A DNA stretch of 64,000 nucleotides from an uncultured Dehalococcoidales bacterium (lineage in GTDB: Bacteria; Chloroflexota; Dehalococcoidia; Dehalococcoidales; E44-bin46), in assembly GCA_964627215.1 (NCBI GenBank), contig CAZVIZ010000003.1:14685-78684 (forward strand), written 5' to 3'. Positions 63,216 through 64,000 of the stretch are shown here, one piece after another. Below the pieces are notes generated by a model. The model worked only from the letters and a program-made list of their open reading frames with translations. It ran no database searches and had not been told where the DNA came from. Position 1 is the first letter of the stretch. Every line of letters begins with the position of its first letter. Both the position numbers and the translations under genes were made by a program.

Positions 63216-63791
63216 TTGACCGAGAACTCGTCTTGCACCGAGATAAGATGGCACGGTCGGGGCGGGCAGGGTGCGGTTACCTCCGCCGAGTTGGTGGCGC
63301 GGGCGGCCATAGACGAGGGCAAGTTTGCCCAGGCCTTCCCTGCCTTCGGCGCGGAGAGGCGGGGGGCGCCCGTGGTGGCCTTCGTCCGCGTGGACCCTGG
63401 CTCCCCAATCCGAGTCCGGGCCGAGGTTACGAACCCCGATATAGTAGTAGTTTTGGACCCTGGATTGCTGCGCGTGGTTAATGTGACCGATGGCCTTAAG
63501 CCCGACGGGCTTTTGGTGGTAAACAGCAAGAAGACCCCCGAAGAGGTGTCTCAGGCTTTCGGCTTCAAGGGGTCTCTGGCCACGGTGGATGCTGGAACCA
63601 TCGCGCGGGAGGTGCTGGGGGTGAACATCGTCAATACCTCCATGATAGGGGCCCTTATAAAGGCTTCTTCCCTGGTGGGGCTGGACGCCGTTGTGGAGCC
63701 GATGAAGGACAGGTTCGGTCGTCTGGGCCAGAGGAACATAGATGCCATGAAGCGGGCCTACGAGGAAACCGTGTTGAAGGAGGCTGTTTAA
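63216..63791 (+). CDS. porG: 2-oxoacid:ferredoxin oxidoreductase gamma subunit
   Basis: EIRWHGRGGQGAVT, FGAERRGAPV, PDIVVVLD, NTSMIGA; TTG after AAGGAGG. Confidence 0.92.
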   Translation: MTENSSCTEIRWHGRGGQGAVTSAELVARAAIDEGKFAQAFPAFGAERRGAPVVAFVRVDPGSPIRVRAEVTNPDIVVVLDPGLLRVVNVTDGLKPDGLLVVNSKKTPEEVSQAFGFKGSLATVDAGTIAREVLGVNIVNTSMIGALIKASSLVGLDAVVEPMKDRFGRLGQRNIDAMKRAYEETVLKEAV

Positions 63792-64000
63792 GTGGCAAGT
63801 TCTGATGAATTGACGTGGCGTGACTTGGAGGTAGGGGGCATAGTTACCCAGCCGGGTAGCACCGCTGAGTACGAAACCGGCACCTGGCGCTCTGAGAGGC
63901 CGGTGCTTGATGAAGAGAAATGCAACCAGTGCGGCTTATGCTATATCTACTGCCCCGATGCCTCCATAGACTTTGATAACGATACCTATCCTAAGGTTAA
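63792..64000 (+). CDS. porD: 2-oxoacid:ferredoxin oxidoreductase delta subunit (3' truncated)
   Basis: MASSDELTWRDLEVGGIVTQPGSTAEYETGTWRSERPVLDEEKCNQCGLCYIYCPD, with TG.WR and CxxCxxCxxxCP. Confidence 0.9.
   Translation, partial: MASSDELTWRDLEVGGIVTQPGSTAEYETGTWRSERPVLDEEKCNQCGLCYIYCPDASIDFDNDTYPKV

Overview
Core chromosome around the probable replication origin of a GC-rich (roughly 60% by eye) anaerobic bacterium. Gene order and protein features suggest class Dehalococcoidia (Chloroflexota); this assignment is from recalled synteny, not a search. The window holds hisS(3')-gyrB, pyrE-nadD-obgE-dnaA, fmt-mazG, apgM-lysC, TPR-gyrA, recA-recX-rny-ymdB, mobA-moeA, rnc, 8 tRNAs, tuf-rpmG-secE-nusG-rplKAJL (no rpoBC), comM, uvrA, sbcC, a complete archaeal-order A/V-type ATPase operon (H-I-K-E-C-F-A-B-D plus a DUF61-like gene) and the start of a four-subunit 2-oxoacid:ferredoxin oxidoreductase. 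No mobile element, CRISPR array or intein was seen. Best leads: (1) a cobalamin-riboswitch-controlled operon of a Zn dehydrogenase plus a TrpD paralogue whose anthranilate site is rewired; (2) an in-frame TsaA/TrmO SAM-binding domain fused to an HhH-GPD DNA glycosylase; (3) a DnaA with a non-canonical recognition helix beside origin boxes that keep only the TTATC half; (4) an archaeal-like c subunit with a full Na+ ligand set; (5) two genes missed by the ORF track, an Nfu-like frame with an in-frame UGA and a 47-aa basic protein.
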